DNA of 64,000 bases from Planctomycetota bacterium (GTDB lineage Bacteria; Planctomycetota; UBA1135; UBA2386): positions 1,696,001 to 1,760,000 of the forward strand of contig OZ245006.1 in assembly GCA_965223545.1 (NCBI GenBank), written 5' to 3'. A program made the translations under genes and the position numbers. This document shows, one piece after another, positions 20,646 to 32,881 of the stretch; the stretch's first letter is position 1; each line of letters opens with the position of its first letter. A model generated the notes under the pieces. That model ran no database searches. It had not been told where the DNA came from and saw nothing but the letters and a program-made list of their open reading frames with translations.

Positions 20646-22028
20646 TCACCCAGCCTCGACGATCGGTATGAGCTTGTACCCGAGGGATTTAGCGTTCTGT
20701 CGGAGTCCGACGATGCGTCGCTGGGTGAAGCGCTCCTCGTAGGCCTTGGCGCCTTCGTCTACGTAGTCCTGGCCGAACTTCAGCATGCGGTAGATGAGCA
20801 GGGCCAGTTTGCGGGCGATGGCAAAGATGGCGACGTTGCCGTCCTTCGCGCGGGCGATCTTGCGGAAGTGTGCGCCGAGAGCTGTCTGAGTACGTTGGAG
20901 GGACAGGGCGGCCATCCGGAGGACCGTGGCGATCCTGCTGACCGCGATGTTGTTGCGGTGCTTCTTGATGCGCTTTCCACCCGAGACGGCTTGACGTGGG
21001 CACAGGCGTAGCCAGGAGACGAAGTGCTTCTCGGTCGGGAAAGCATCGAGGTCGTAGCCGACCTCGGTGAGCACGATCATGGCCGTGCTCGGGCTGATAC
21101 CGTCGATTCGCGTGAGATCACACCCGACGAGCCGGCAGAGGGCATCGCGAAGCTCCCGGCCGCCCTTCGTTCGGATGCTCCTCTCCTTGCGGGGGTCTGG
21201 ATGCTCGGGGACGTCGGCCGTCTTGGCTTCCTCCGGTTGCAGGTCCTCGATCATCGCCATCAATCGCTTCTCGACCGACTCGATCTCGTGGTCGGTGTGC
21301 TCGAGCATCCGCAAGCCCGAAGCGAGAGTGAAGATGTGCTCCTCGATCCAGGTCCCTTGCAAGTGATCCGCGAGCTCCTTCTCGGAGATCTTGCAGCGCG
21401 GATCACGCAGTCTGGCGAGCGCTCGAGGGTCGCGTTCACCAGCGAGAATCGCGCGGATGATCGCGAGGCCGGTCTTGCCGGTGATGTCCGTTACCGCGCG
21501 ATGGATCGCCACGTTCATCTGATCCAGTGACCGCTGCATCAACTGCGTGTGGCGCGTGCGCTGCGCGATCAAAGACGCGGCATGGCGTTGCAGGGTCCGC
21601 AACGCACAGATGTCCTTCGGAGGCCGGAACGAAGCGCGAATGAGGCCATAGGTGTGTAGCTTCTGCAGCCAACTGCAATCGCTGGCATCGGACTTGGAGC
21701 GGCCCGGCACGTTCTTCACCTCGCGGGCATTCGCGAGGATGACCTCGAAGCCTCTCGACTCGAGTAGCTCGTAGACGGGAATCCAGTAGACATAGGTGCT
21801 CTCCATCGCGACGGATCGCACTCCGAGCTCCTCCAGCCAGTCCGCGAGCGCCTCTAGTTGGGGCGTCGTCGTTCCGAATCGCTTGATCGGACGACTGCCG
21901 TCGGGTGCTGCTGCGCACACCCAGTGCTCGCGGCTGCCGATGTCGATTCCGGCGGCGTTGGGCTTCACGACTGGTAATACTTCCGCTGCGGGCTTCTTGC
22001 CCTTCCTCGTTCTGCCCTTCCGAGCCAT
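20646..22028 (-). CDS. IS110-family DEDD recombinase/transposase
   Basis: 460 aa, same motifs as copy A with 4 visible amino-acid differences. Confidence 0.95.
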   Translation of the reverse strand: MARKGRTRKGKKPAAEVLPVVKPNAAGIDIGSREHWVCAAAPDGSRPIKRFGTTTPQLEALADWLEELGVRSVAMESTYVYWIPVYELLESRGFEVILANAREVKNVPGRSKSDASDCSWLQKLHTYGLIRASFRPPKDICALRTLQRHAASLIAQRTRHTQLMQRSLDQMNVAIHRAVTDITGKTGLAIIRAILAGERDPRALARLRDPRCKISEKELADHLQGTWIEEHIFTLASGLRMLEHTDHEIESVEKRLMAMIEDLQPEEAKTADVPEHPDPRKERSIRTKGGRELRDALCRLVGCDLTRIDGISPSTAMIVLTEVGYDLDAFPTEKHFVSWLRLCPRQAVSGGKRIKKHRNNIAVSRIATVLRMAALSLQRTQTALGAHFRKIARAKDGNVAIFAIARKLALLIYRMLKFGQDYVDEGAKAYEERFTQRRIVGLRQNAKSLGYKLIPIVEAG

Positions 22029-22279
22029 ACTTCATCCTCCTTGTTGTGGTGGGCCCGGCCCGAGGCGGCGATCAAACGAATCTGACCTGCGGGAGTGGGC
22101 ACGGCGACGTGCCCCTCACCAGTGAAGGATGGCCAACTCGGACCCAGACTGGCTCTGGGGCAAACGTGCTCCAGTGGCTATTGGGGGCGTAGCTGCCGGG
22201 CCCCTCACACGTTCCCCGCCCCCTTCCTCAGCGGCTAGTTTCCTGCCCTGAAGGGCCGACAAAATCTGTCGGGGCAGGA
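22029..22279 (-). ncRNA. Candidate bridge RNA/seekRNA of IS110 copy B
   Basis: Near-identical to 20338-20587; guide-like segments unchanged. Confidence 0.6.
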
Positions 22280-22298
22280 CTGGCTCCGTACGTTCAAC

Positions 22299-23420
22299 TC
22301 AGAAGGTGTCGCGGTTCTTTTCCCACCAGCCGGCCCAGCGCTTCTGGCCGGCGCGGAGGTCGTCGGGGCGGCCGTCGGGGTCGTAGGCGAGCTCTTGGCC
22401 GGTCAAACGGCGCAGGGCGCCGTAGGCGGCGTGGCGCACGATGCTCTCGCTGTCGCCGAGGGCTTCGATCAGGGTTTCGACGCTGGCCGCGGCGCGGAAG
22501 CCGCTGAGGCCATCGATCGTCAGGCGCCGCACGAATGGGTCGACGTCGACGGCCATCGGCAGCAGGGCGTCGAGCACTGCCATGTCGCCGGACTCGAGCA
22601 GCTTGTCTACGGCCTCGAAGCGCGTTCCCGGGTCTGGGTCTGCCAGGCGTGCCACCTCCGTGGCCAGCTCGGGCGCCAACGCCACGATGGGTGCGGCGGA
22701 GCCGTCCTCGGCGGCAACCGATGCCGGCGGCATCATCGCCGGAGCGGGCCGCGCGGCGGCGCGCAGGTCGATCATCGCTGCGGCCAGCTCGCGGCTGACG
22801 TCGCGGACCTCGCGGCCGAACGCCGACAGGGCGGCGCCCTGGTCGCGCTGGCCCTCGCCGAGCTGCGCCACCTCGCGGTGCAAGTCCTTGCTCAGCACTT
22901 CGATGCGGCCGTTGGTGCCCTCGAGCGCAGCCTGCAGCCGCAGCTCGCGGTCCACCATGCTCTGCGCGATGCCGTCGAGGCGCTCGCGCAACCGATCCAG
23001 ATCCGCCGTGCCGGCGAGGACCGCCAGGCGGTCCTCCAGCACCGGCAGTCGTTCGCCCAAACCCCCGACCCCGCCTTCGATGGCGTTGATGCGGCGGGCC
23101 AACGCTTCGCTCTCGACGGTCAGGCGCCAATCGAGAAACATCGCACCGGCGGCGATGGCCGCGAGCAGCACCACCGCCGTGGCCAACAGGCCGCCGCGCG
23201 GCGCGCTGCCGACCGCCACCACCGCGGGGGTGGGCTTGGCGACGGGCGCGGCCGCCGCAGCAGGCTGGGTCGCCTGCGCGATGCCGCGCAGCTGACCCAG
23301 GCAGCACTGGCCGACAACGCGCCCCTTGACGCGCGCGGCGACGCCGAGCTCGAGGTCGCGCTGCGGCACCGACGTGTTGCAGAGGTCGCAGAAGAAAACT
23401 TCGAGTTCCTGTGCTTGCAT
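22299..23420 (-). CDS. Membrane protein: N-terminal Cys cluster, TM, coiled coil, HEAT repeats
   Basis: FCDLC...QCC; hydrophobic helix; heptad region; DPDPGTRFEAV/DVDPFVRRL HEAT repeats. Confidence 0.75.
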   Translation of the reverse strand: MQAQELEVFFCDLCNTSVPQRDLELGVAARVKGRVVGQCCLGQLRGIAQATQPAAAAAPVAKPTPAVVAVGSAPRGGLLATAVVLLAAIAAGAMFLDWRLTVESEALARRINAIEGGVGGLGERLPVLEDRLAVLAGTADLDRLRERLDGIAQSMVDRELRLQAALEGTNGRIEVLSKDLHREVAQLGEGQRDQGAALSAFGREVRDVSRELAAAMIDLRAAARPAPAMMPPASVAAEDGSAAPIVALAPELATEVARLADPDPGTRFEAVDKLLESGDMAVLDALLPMAVDVDPFVRRLTIDGLSGFRAAASVETLIEALGDSESIVRHAAYGALRRLTGQELAYDPDGRPDDLRAGQKRWAGWWEKNRDTF

Positions 23421-23528
23421 GGCCGTCCCTTTCCGCGCATGCCGCGGTTCCAGGCCTACTAGTCTATCCGATCGGCCCGGGAACCGGGATTTCCACCAGA
23501 TCCGGTGACACGCGGCGCACCGAGCGCC

Positions 23529-24710
23529 TCACGCGTTGCCCGCGGCCTGCTGAACATGCGCCCGCAAGGCGTCCACGGCGTCGGTGGCCTCCCAGGCAAA
23601 CTCGGGCAGCTCGCGGCCGAAGTGCCCGTATGCCGCCGTCTTGCGGAAGATCGGCCGGCGCAGCTTCAGCTTCTCGATGATCTTGCCGGGGCGCAGATCG
23701 AAGACCTGCCGCACCGCTTCGACCAGCGTGTCCTCGGCGACCTTGCCGGTGCCGAACGTATCGACCCGGATGCTCACCGGCTGCGCGATACCGATCGCGT
23801 ACGCGACCTGCACCTCACAGCGGTCGGCGAGATCAGCGGCGACGACGTTCTTGGCAACCCAGCGCGCGGCGTAGGCGGCGGACCGATCGACCTTGGTCGG
23901 ATCCTTGCCCGAGAACGCACCGCCACCGTGCCGCCCCATGCCACCGTACGTATCGACGATGATCTTGCGGCCAGTGAGGCCGGCGTCCGCCTTCGGTCCA
24001 CCCTCGACGAAGCGGCCGGTCGGGTTGAGGAACCAGCGCGTCTCGCTGTCGAGCATCGCCGCCGGCAGCACCGACTCCGCGACCTCGCGCAGAGTGCCCT
24101 TGAGCTGTTCATCGCTGACGTCGGGCGAGTGCTGGTGCGAGATCACCACCGTGTGCACGCGCACCGGGTTGTGGTTCTCGTCGTACTCGACGGTGAGCTG
24201 CGACTTGCTGTCCGGCCGCAAGAACTTGGCTTCACCGCGCCGGGCGTCGGCCAACGCCTCGAGGATCCGGTGCGAGTAGTGGATCGGAAACGGCATCAGC
24301 GCATCCGTCTCCCGACACGCGTAGCCGAACATCATGCCCTGATCGCCCGCGCCGGTTTCGCCGCTCGCCGACGTCCCTTCATCGACACCCAAGGCGATAT
24401 CTGGGCTCTGCGTGCCGATCGCCGTCAACACCGCGCAAGAGTTCGCATCGAATCCGATCGCCGGATCCTCGTAGCCGATCTCGGCAACCATCTGACGCAC
24501 GACGTCCTGGTAGTTGATCTGGGCGTTGGTCGTGATCTCCCCGGTGACGACGACCAGGCCACGCGACGTCGCCGTCTCGCAGGCCACCCGCGAGTTGGGA
24601 TCCTGATCGAAAATGGCGTCGAGCACCGCATCCGAGATCTGATCGCACACCTTGTCCGGGTGCCCTTCACTCACGGATTCACTGGTGAAGAGACGCAACT
24701 CGCTAGGCAT
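23529..24710 (-). CDS. metK: S-adenosylmethionine synthetase
   Basis: [19 protein letters not shown] and GGGAFSGKD signatures. Confidence 0.98.
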   Translation of the reverse strand: MPSELRLFTSESVSEGHPDKVCDQISDAVLDAIFDQDPNSRVACETATSRGLVVVTGEITTNAQINYQDVVRQMVAEIGYEDPAIGFDANSCAVLTAIGTQSPDIALGVDEGTSASGETGAGDQGMMFGYACRETDALMPFPIHYSHRILEALADARRGEAKFLRPDSKSQLTVEYDENHNPVRVHTVVISHQHSPDVSDEQLKGTLREVAESVLPAAMLDSETRWFLNPTGRFVEGGPKADAGLTGRKIIVDTYGGMGRHGGGAFSGKDPTKVDRSAAYAARWVAKNVVAADLADRCEVQVAYAIGIAQPVSIRVDTFGTGKVAEDTLVEAVRQVFDLRPGKIIEKLKLRRPIFRKTAAYGHFGRELPEFAWEATDAVDALRAHVQQAAGNA

Positions 24711-24892
24711 GGTTTTTCCTTACTTTTGGGCAATCGGAGTGACGACGGAGTGGGCCGCCAGCGGGCTGCGGAAGCCCCTCGGGGGCCCGCGCAGCCGGGT
24801 TTTTTGCGCGCAGGGCAAACTTTTGCGGCGGCAAAGCATACATGGGGAGTGGGGCCGGGGCACGAAGCTCCGGCGAGTCACTGAAACGAACG

Positions 24893-24994
24893 ATGATGTT
24901 GGCAGAATCGCTGCTGCAGGCGTTGGAGCGGACGTCGGTGGCGCTGACCCTACTGGCCGTCGCCATGGTGGTCGCGCTCGCTCTGACCGGCTGA
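24893..24994 (+). CDS. 33-aa single-TM small protein (not in ORF track)
   Basis: MMLAESLLQALERTSVALTLLAVAMVVALALTG*; G/C-ending codons; fills the metK-kdtA gap. Confidence 0.45.
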   Translation: MMLAESLLQALERTSVALTLLAVAMVVALALTG

Positions 24995-25030
24995 TCCCCC
25001 GGTTCCTTTGGCCGGCCGCCTGCGCCTCCC

Positions 25031-26398
25031 TCAGAAGGCGCCCGACCCCGGCTGCGCGAGCACCGGGTCGAGCAGAGGACGGAGACGGGCAAGGGTGCGC
25101 TCGGTCGCACCCTGGTTGTCGCGGATGCGCTCGACCGCGCGGTGGCCGAGGGCGGCGCGCCGGTCGGGGTCGAGGATCAGCTGCTCGAGCGCGGTAGCGA
25201 GCTGCTCATAGTCACGCACCTGCACCACTGCGTCGGCCTCCAACAGCAGCCGGACATCGGTGCGGAAGTTGGCGACGTGCGGGCCGAACACCACCGCCTT
25301 GCCCAGCACGGCGGGCTCCAGCATGTTCTGCCCACCGTGCGGCACCAAGCTGCCGCCGACGAACGCGATGTCGCAGGCACCGTAGAAGGTCTCCAAGTGG
25401 CCGATGGTGTCGACGACGACGATCGTGTCGTCGCCGAGCGCGCCGCGCTCTGGCGGCAACGCACTCCACGACACCGAGGTCATGCCCGCGGCTTGCAGCG
25501 CTTCGCGCACGACGGCGGCGCGCTCGGGATGACGTGGCGCCAGCACCAGCCGGATCCGTCGTGCCAAACGCTGTTCGAGGGCACGCGCCACGCGCGCGAC
25601 GCCGATGTCCTCCTCGCCGTGGGTCGAACCGCCGACCAACACGATGCGGTCGTCCGGCGACAGCCACGCGCGCACCTCCGCCGAACGGGCGCTGGCATCC
25701 TTGAGGGCGACGCTGTCGTACTTGATGTTGCCGGTGACACAGATGCGCCGCGGGTCGATCGACAGTGCGCGCAGCCGCCGCCGGTAGGACTCGTCCTGCA
25801 CGCAGAAGCACGCGATCGATTGGAACTGCGGCAGCAGCCGTCGCACCAAGCGGTAACCGCCGAAGCTGCGCTCCGACATGCGGCCGTTGACCACCGCGAC
25901 CGGGATCCGCCGCTTGGCCGCCGCCTGTAGGAAGTTCGGCCACACCTCGAGCTCGACCAGCAACACGCACGCAGGGCGCACGCGGTCGAGTGCACGCCGC
26001 GGAAACAGGCCGAAGTCGAGCGGGTAGTAGAACACGCGCAGGTCGGGGTGCAGCTTGCGCGCCAGGCCGTGGCCGGTCGGCGTCGTCGACGACAGCACCA
26101 GCTCCGCCGTCGGGTACTCGGCGCGGAGCCGCTCGATCAACGTGCTCGCAGCCTTGACCTCGCCGACCGATACGCCGTGCACCCAAACCACCGGCTGCGC
26201 TCCGCTCGTGCGCGGCACCCAGCCCATGCGCTGGCGCAACCCGCGGCGGTAGCCGGGGATGGTGACCATCCGCCATAGCATGACCGGGCCGTAGAAGAGC
26301 ATCGCCACGGCGAACACGACGTGGTAGACGCCGATGGCCACCATCCCCCACCACCGCCCGATGCCGGGCGGCGACGGCGCTCGCGGCTCGTCGACCAA
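25031..26398 (-). CDS. waaA: 3-deoxy-D-manno-octulosonic acid (Kdo) transferase
   Basis: WVHGVSVGEV, YYPLD, ELEVWPN, APRHPER and GGQNMLEP motifs; start uncertain. Confidence 0.93.
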   Translation of the reverse strand: MVDEPRAPSPPGIGRWWGMVAIGVYHVVFAVAMLFYGPVMLWRMVTIPGYRRGLRQRMGWVPRTSGAQPVVWVHGVSVGEVKAASTLIERLRAEYPTAELVLSSTTPTGHGLARKLHPDLRVFYYPLDFGLFPRRALDRVRPACVLLVELEVWPNFLQAAAKRRIPVAVVNGRMSERSFGGYRLVRRLLPQFQSIACFCVQDESYRRRLRALSIDPRRICVTGNIKYDSVALKDASARSAEVRAWLSPDDRIVLVGGSTHGEEDIGVARVARALEQRLARRIRLVLAPRHPERAAVVREALQAAGMTSVSWSALPPERGALGDDTIVVVDTIGHLETFYGACDIAFVGGSLVPHGGQNMLEPAVLGKAVVFGPHVANFRTDVRLLLEADAVVQVRDYEQLATALEQLILDPDRRAALGHRAVERIRDNQGATERTLARLRPLLDPVLAQPGSGAF

Positions 26399-26405
26399 GG
26401 CGCCG

Positions 26406-29282
<2,877 letters not shown>

Positions 29283-29449
29283 CGCTGTGCTCTCTGGTGC
29301 TCACCCGCCGGCGAGGCGGGTGAGGGTGTCGTTGTCGTCTCACCGCCCGAGATTGAAGGGCGGCACGCAGTGGCCGGCTGTCCGCACCGGAACAGCCGCG
29401 ACGCACACCTCGCGCGGAGGTGTCGGGAGCGCGGCCATGGGCCGCGAGC
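29283..29449 (-). promoter_or_regulatory. Structured secA 5' leader
   Basis: Hairpins CTCACCCGCC/GGCGGGTGAG (29300-29324), CGGCTGT/ACAGCCG and ACACCTC/GAGGTGT between the leader ORF stop and the secA ATG. Confidence 0.4.
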
Positions 29450-29758
29450 TCAGGCCGCGGGCGGTGGCGCGCGGGGCGGCGAAAGGCTGCGGTTCGCCAC
29501 GCATCGCGCCGGTCGATCGGCCGTCGCTGCGCGCCGCGGCGCGCCCGTCGGCACTCGTTCCACCGCGGTGTGCCGCGCCGCGACCACCGCCGCGCGGCGC
29601 GCGGCGTCGCAGTGGCGCTCGAGCACCGGCTCCCGCCCCGCGTGCGCCAAGGAACGCACCACCGGCGCGGCGCCGATGACGAACATCAGCAGGAGCGCCA
29701 CCGCCACGGCCTCGGGGCCGCGCGCGGGCGCTCGCGTTCTCGACGGGTTGCGGGTCAC
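29450..29758 (-). CDS. Candidate secA leader/arrest peptide (signal-like segment plus C-terminal RAPP)
   Basis: GTGA overlap with upstream stop; hydrophobic AVAVALLLMFVIGAA; ends SPPRAPPPAA*. Confidence 0.65.
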   Translation of the reverse strand: MTRNPSRTRAPARGPEAVAVALLLMFVIGAAPVVRSLAHAGREPVLERHCDAARRAAVVAARHTAVERVPTGAPRRAATADRPARCVANRSLSPPRAPPPAA

Positions 29759-30591
29759 GATGACTGGGGTTGCCCCTGATCCAGGAGTCGTTGCACCATC
29801 TCGTACAGGAGCTCCTCGGGGAAGGGCTTGGCGAGAAAACCGTCCGCCTTTCGGATGTCCGCCATGGCGATGCGGCTGGCGGTGGACAGCATGACCGGGA
29901 TCGACCGCGTGTCCGGGTCCTCGCGCAGGGCGGAAATCACCTCGAGCCCGTCCATCTCGGGCAGCTCGTAGTCGAGGACGATCAAGTCGGGCCGATGCTC
30001 CCGGGCCAGCGCGAGGCCGCGGTCGCCGTCAGTGGCGACGTCGACCTGGTAGCCGCGGCATTCGAGCAGCCGCTGCACCGCCTCGGCCAAGTCCTCTTCG
30101 TCGTCGATCACCAGGATGCGCTGGGATGCCGGCTCGGCCACCCGCTCGCGCTCGGCGGCGAGCCGGCGCAGCGTCGCGCCGGTCGCCAGTCCCTCGTCGG
30201 CGAAGGCGCCCTCGATCTTGCGCTTGAGCCCCTGGTTGAAGCGACGCACCGCCATCCAAGCCTCGTAGTCCGGGAAATCGGGCTTGATGTCCATCTCGTC
30301 GTGCGTGTCGACCGCGAAGTAGTACTCGCCGCCGACCAAGTGCTCTTGCAGCACGAGCTTCATGAACGGGTAGTTGCGGTTGCCCAGCCGGAACGAGTAG
30401 CGCACTGCGGTGCGACCGTCGTCGCTGGTGGCCTCCTCCTTGTGGAACAGGCCGAGCACCTCGTTGGGGCTCGCGTCGGCGGCGAGCGACAGGTCGGGCA
30501 TCCGCGGCTGGGCCCCGGCGCCGTAGGCAAGGTCGAGATACGTGGTCACCGCCTTGCTCACCGTCGCCAGGTCCAACCGCTCGAGCCTCAC
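29755..30591 (-). CDS. Response regulator with uncharacterised N-terminal domain and C-terminal receiver domain
   Basis: ILVIDDE, PDLIVLDYELPEMDG and FLAKPF motifs. Confidence 0.88.
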   Translation of the reverse strand: MRLERLDLATVSKAVTTYLDLAYGAGAQPRMPDLSLAADASPNEVLGLFHKEEATSDDGRTAVRYSFRLGNRNYPFMKLVLQEHLVGGEYYFAVDTHDEMDIKPDFPDYEAWMAVRRFNQGLKRKIEGAFADEGLATGATLRRLAAERERVAEPASQRILVIDDEEDLAEAVQRLLECRGYQVDVATDGDRGLALAREHRPDLIVLDYELPEMDGLEVISALREDPDTRSIPVMLSTASRIAMADIRKADGFLAKPFPEELLYEMVQRLLDQGQPQSS

Positions 30592-31556
30592 GCCTGACCG
30601 ACCTCCCGCGCCGCCGACCCGCGACAGGTCCCCGGGTCGGGCGCCGCATCGAGCGTGCCGACCAGCGCGGCGATGCTGCGGTCGGCCTCTTCGAGTCGGC
30701 AGCGCATTCCCTCGATCATGCCGGCCAAGCCCGCGGGATCGACGAAGTTGGCGGTGCCGACCTGCACCGCGCTGGCGCCGGCGACGATGAACTCGAGCGC
30801 GTCATCCGCGGACGAGATGCCGCCGACACCGATCACCGGGATGCGCACCGCGCGCGCCACGTCGTGCACCATGCGCAGCGCGACCGGCTTGATCGCCGGT
30901 CCCGAGAGGCCACCGATGCGCCGGCCCAGCACCGCGCGCTGGCTGCGCCAATCGACCGCCATGCCGATCAGGGTGTTGATCGCGGTCACGCCATCGGCGC
31001 CGCCGGCCTCGGCGGCGCGGGCGATCTCGGTGATATCGGTGACGTTGGGGGACAACTTGGCGAACACGGGGGTGGCAGCCGGCACGATCGCACGCACCCG
31101 CTGCATGACTTCTTCGGTCAAGGATGGCTGGGTAGAAAAGTACAACCGCCCGCCCTGCACGTTCGGGCACGACAGATTGACCTCGAGCGCGTCCACGCCG
31201 GCCTCGCTGAAGCGGCCCGCCAGCTCGACGAACTCGTCCATGCTCTCGCCGCCGATGTTGACGATCACCTTCGGCCCCAGGGTGCGCATGCGCGGCAGGG
31301 TCTCGGCCAAGAACACTTCGGCACCCCGATTCTCGAGCCCGATCGAGTTGAGCATGCCGGCCGGCGTCTCGGCCAACCGCGGCGGCGGGTTGCCGGGTCG
31401 CGGCGCCCGCGTCACCGTCTTCGACACCAGCGCGCCGACCTGGGTCAGGTCGGCGAACGTGCGCCCCTCCCAACCCGAGCCGAAGGTGCCCGAAGCACTC
31501 ATCAGCGGGTTGTCGAGGAGGAGCTTCGGTCCGATCTGTGCCCGCAGCCTGGACAT
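30588..31556 (-). CDS. pyrD: Dihydroorotate dehydrogenase family 1B catalytic subunit
   Basis: ASGTFG, MLNSIGLEN, EVNLSCPNV, KLSPNV and GGLSGPAIKP motifs. Confidence 0.95.
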   Translation of the reverse strand: MSRLRAQIGPKLLLDNPLMSASGTFGSGWEGRTFADLTQVGALVSKTVTRAPRPGNPPPRLAETPAGMLNSIGLENRGAEVFLAETLPRMRTLGPKVIVNIGGESMDEFVELAGRFSEAGVDALEVNLSCPNVQGGRLYFSTQPSLTEEVMQRVRAIVPAATPVFAKLSPNVTDITEIARAAEAGGADGVTAINTLIGMAVDWRSQRAVLGRRIGGLSGPAIKPVALRMVHDVARAVRIPVIGVGGISSADDALEFIVAGASAVQVGTANFVDPAGLAGMIEGMRCRLEEADRSIAALVGTLDAAPDPGTCRGSAAREVGQA

Positions 31557-31631
31557 ACGTCGTCCCGGCGAAGGATAGCCGAGGCGGGGGCGCTGTCGAG
31601 CGGGGCCGGCGGATTCTGCCCGCGCGCCGCG

Positions 31632-31663
31632 GCGAAGCGGGAAAATCGAGCCGGACTCCGTAC
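31632..31663 (-). repeat. REP-like repeat copy
   Basis: GCGAAGCGGGAAAATCGAGCCGGACTCCGTAC, 6 nt after the lspA stop. Confidence 0.85.
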
Positions 31664-31669
31664 GTACTG

Positions 31670-32209
31670 CTAGGCGGTTTGGGCGGCGGCGGCGTCGGCC
31701 CGCCAGAGCAGGACGGCCAGGGTGATGGCGCCGACGCAGATGCAGGAGTCGGCCACGTTGAAGGCCGGGAACGAGCGCAGCTCGCCGCCGATGTGGGCCG
31801 AGAACAGCAGGAAATCGCGGACGCCGGAGCGCTCTTCGGTCAGGTTGTCGTACAGGTTGCCGATGGCACCGGCCATGACCAGGCCGAGCACGAACTGCTG
31901 CAGGCGCGCGGCCGCGGGGAGGCGGGCCGCGAACACGACGATCAAGACCAGCGCGACGAAGCGCAGCACGATCAAGGGCGTGGTCAGATCCTGGCCGAGC
32001 CCCCAGATGGTGCCGGTGTTGCGCCAGCACACCAGCTGGAACGTGACCGGCGCGTCCAGCGACCACACCGGATGCGACCGATAGATCGGCAGGGTGTTGG
32101 GGTATTCCTCAGCGAGGAAGCCGAACACCGCGCTCTTCGACCACAGGTCCAACAGGACCAGCGGCAGGATCGGCAGCCAGAACCAGGCCTTGTCGCGCCA
32201 GAAGGTCAC
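31670..32209 (-). CDS. lspA: Lipoprotein signal peptidase II
   Basis: DLWSK, NTGTIWG, GAIGNLYD, VRDF and FNVADS motifs. Confidence 0.93.
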   Translation of the reverse strand: MTFWRDKAWFWLPILPLVLLDLWSKSAVFGFLAEEYPNTLPIYRSHPVWSLDAPVTFQLVCWRNTGTIWGLGQDLTTPLIVLRFVALVLIVVFAARLPAAARLQQFVLGLVMAGAIGNLYDNLTEERSGVRDFLLFSAHIGGELRSFPAFNVADSCICVGAITLAVLLWRADAAAAQTA

Positions 32210-32219
32210 GACAACGCAC

Positions 32220-32684
32220 TCACGCGCTCTCGCGGTTGCGCTCCATCTCCTCTTGGTGCGGGATGCAGTAGCGCGCCCATGGCAGGTACTCCAACCGCTC
32301 CTTGACGATCCAGGGCTCGCTCTTGCGCTTCTTGCCGCCGGCCTTGGTCTTCTTGCCGGCCGCCTTTGCCGCTTCCGCCTCTTCCTGCTCGATCTCGTGA
32401 CAGCGCAAGCACGCGCCGAAGGGCACGTCGGTGTCCCCGCGCAGCCGCTCGAGCGCTTCCTCGATCAGCTGGATGGTCAGCTCCTCGTTCTCGATGAGGC
32501 CGAGCATGAAGCCCTGGTCGTAGTTGTCGGTGCCCTGATCGGCCAAGTGGTCCACCGACGCGTCCTGCTCGGACGCCCGCAGCGCCTCGTCGCGCATCGA
32601 ACCGACGTCTCCTTTCAACACCGCGAGCTGCTGCTGGAGGATCGCCTCGTACTTCTTGAGGTCGGTCTTGGTCGGTTTCGGCAT
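32220..32684 (-). CDS. DksA/TraR-family zinc-finger protein
   Basis: Coiled coil with DHLADQGTD; IEEALERL; CxxC...ERLEYLPWARYCxxH. Confidence 0.88.
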   Translation of the reverse strand: MPKPTKTDLKKYEAILQQQLAVLKGDVGSMRDEALRASEQDASVDHLADQGTDNYDQGFMLGLIENEELTIQLIEEALERLRGDTDVPFGACLRCHEIEQEEAEAAKAAGKKTKAGGKKRKSEPWIVKERLEYLPWARYCIPHQEEMERNRESA

Positions 32685-32881
32685 GTCTTAAAAGGGGTGA
32701 GAAGCGGGGCGCGCCGGGGGGCCAGAGCGCCCCCCAAGGGCACGTTCATCGGCAGTTCTTGCCGCCCACCTTCAAGAAAGGGGGCGGGGACCATAAGACG
32801 CCCTTCGCAGGGGGTCAACTACCCTGCCGCGGGAGCTTCACCCACCCGTTTTTGCACCGGCTCTTGGGGGGCGCAGGTCGC

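Larger units (their letters stand above)
20634..22282 (-). mobile_element. IS110-family element, copy B
   Basis: Bounded by CTG cores at 20634-20636 and 22280-22282; differs from copy A by a few substitutions and a 1-nt indel. Confidence 0.9.
18926..22299. repeat. 83-bp palindromic REP doublet split into three pieces by two IS110 insertions
   Basis: 18-bp perfect IR 18926-18943/22282-22299 outside the IS pair; 21-bp-stem hairpin 20590-20610/20614-20634 between the copies. Confidence 0.85.

Noticed and set aside
18943..22282. IS pair as a simple tandem duplication or assembly duplication
   Set aside because: Copies differ by several SNPs and an indel, and the unique spacer between them completes the target palindrome
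24711..24890. Possible SAM riboswitch upstream of metK
   Set aside because: Only a generic GC hairpin; I could not find SAM-I or SAM-II consensus elements by eye
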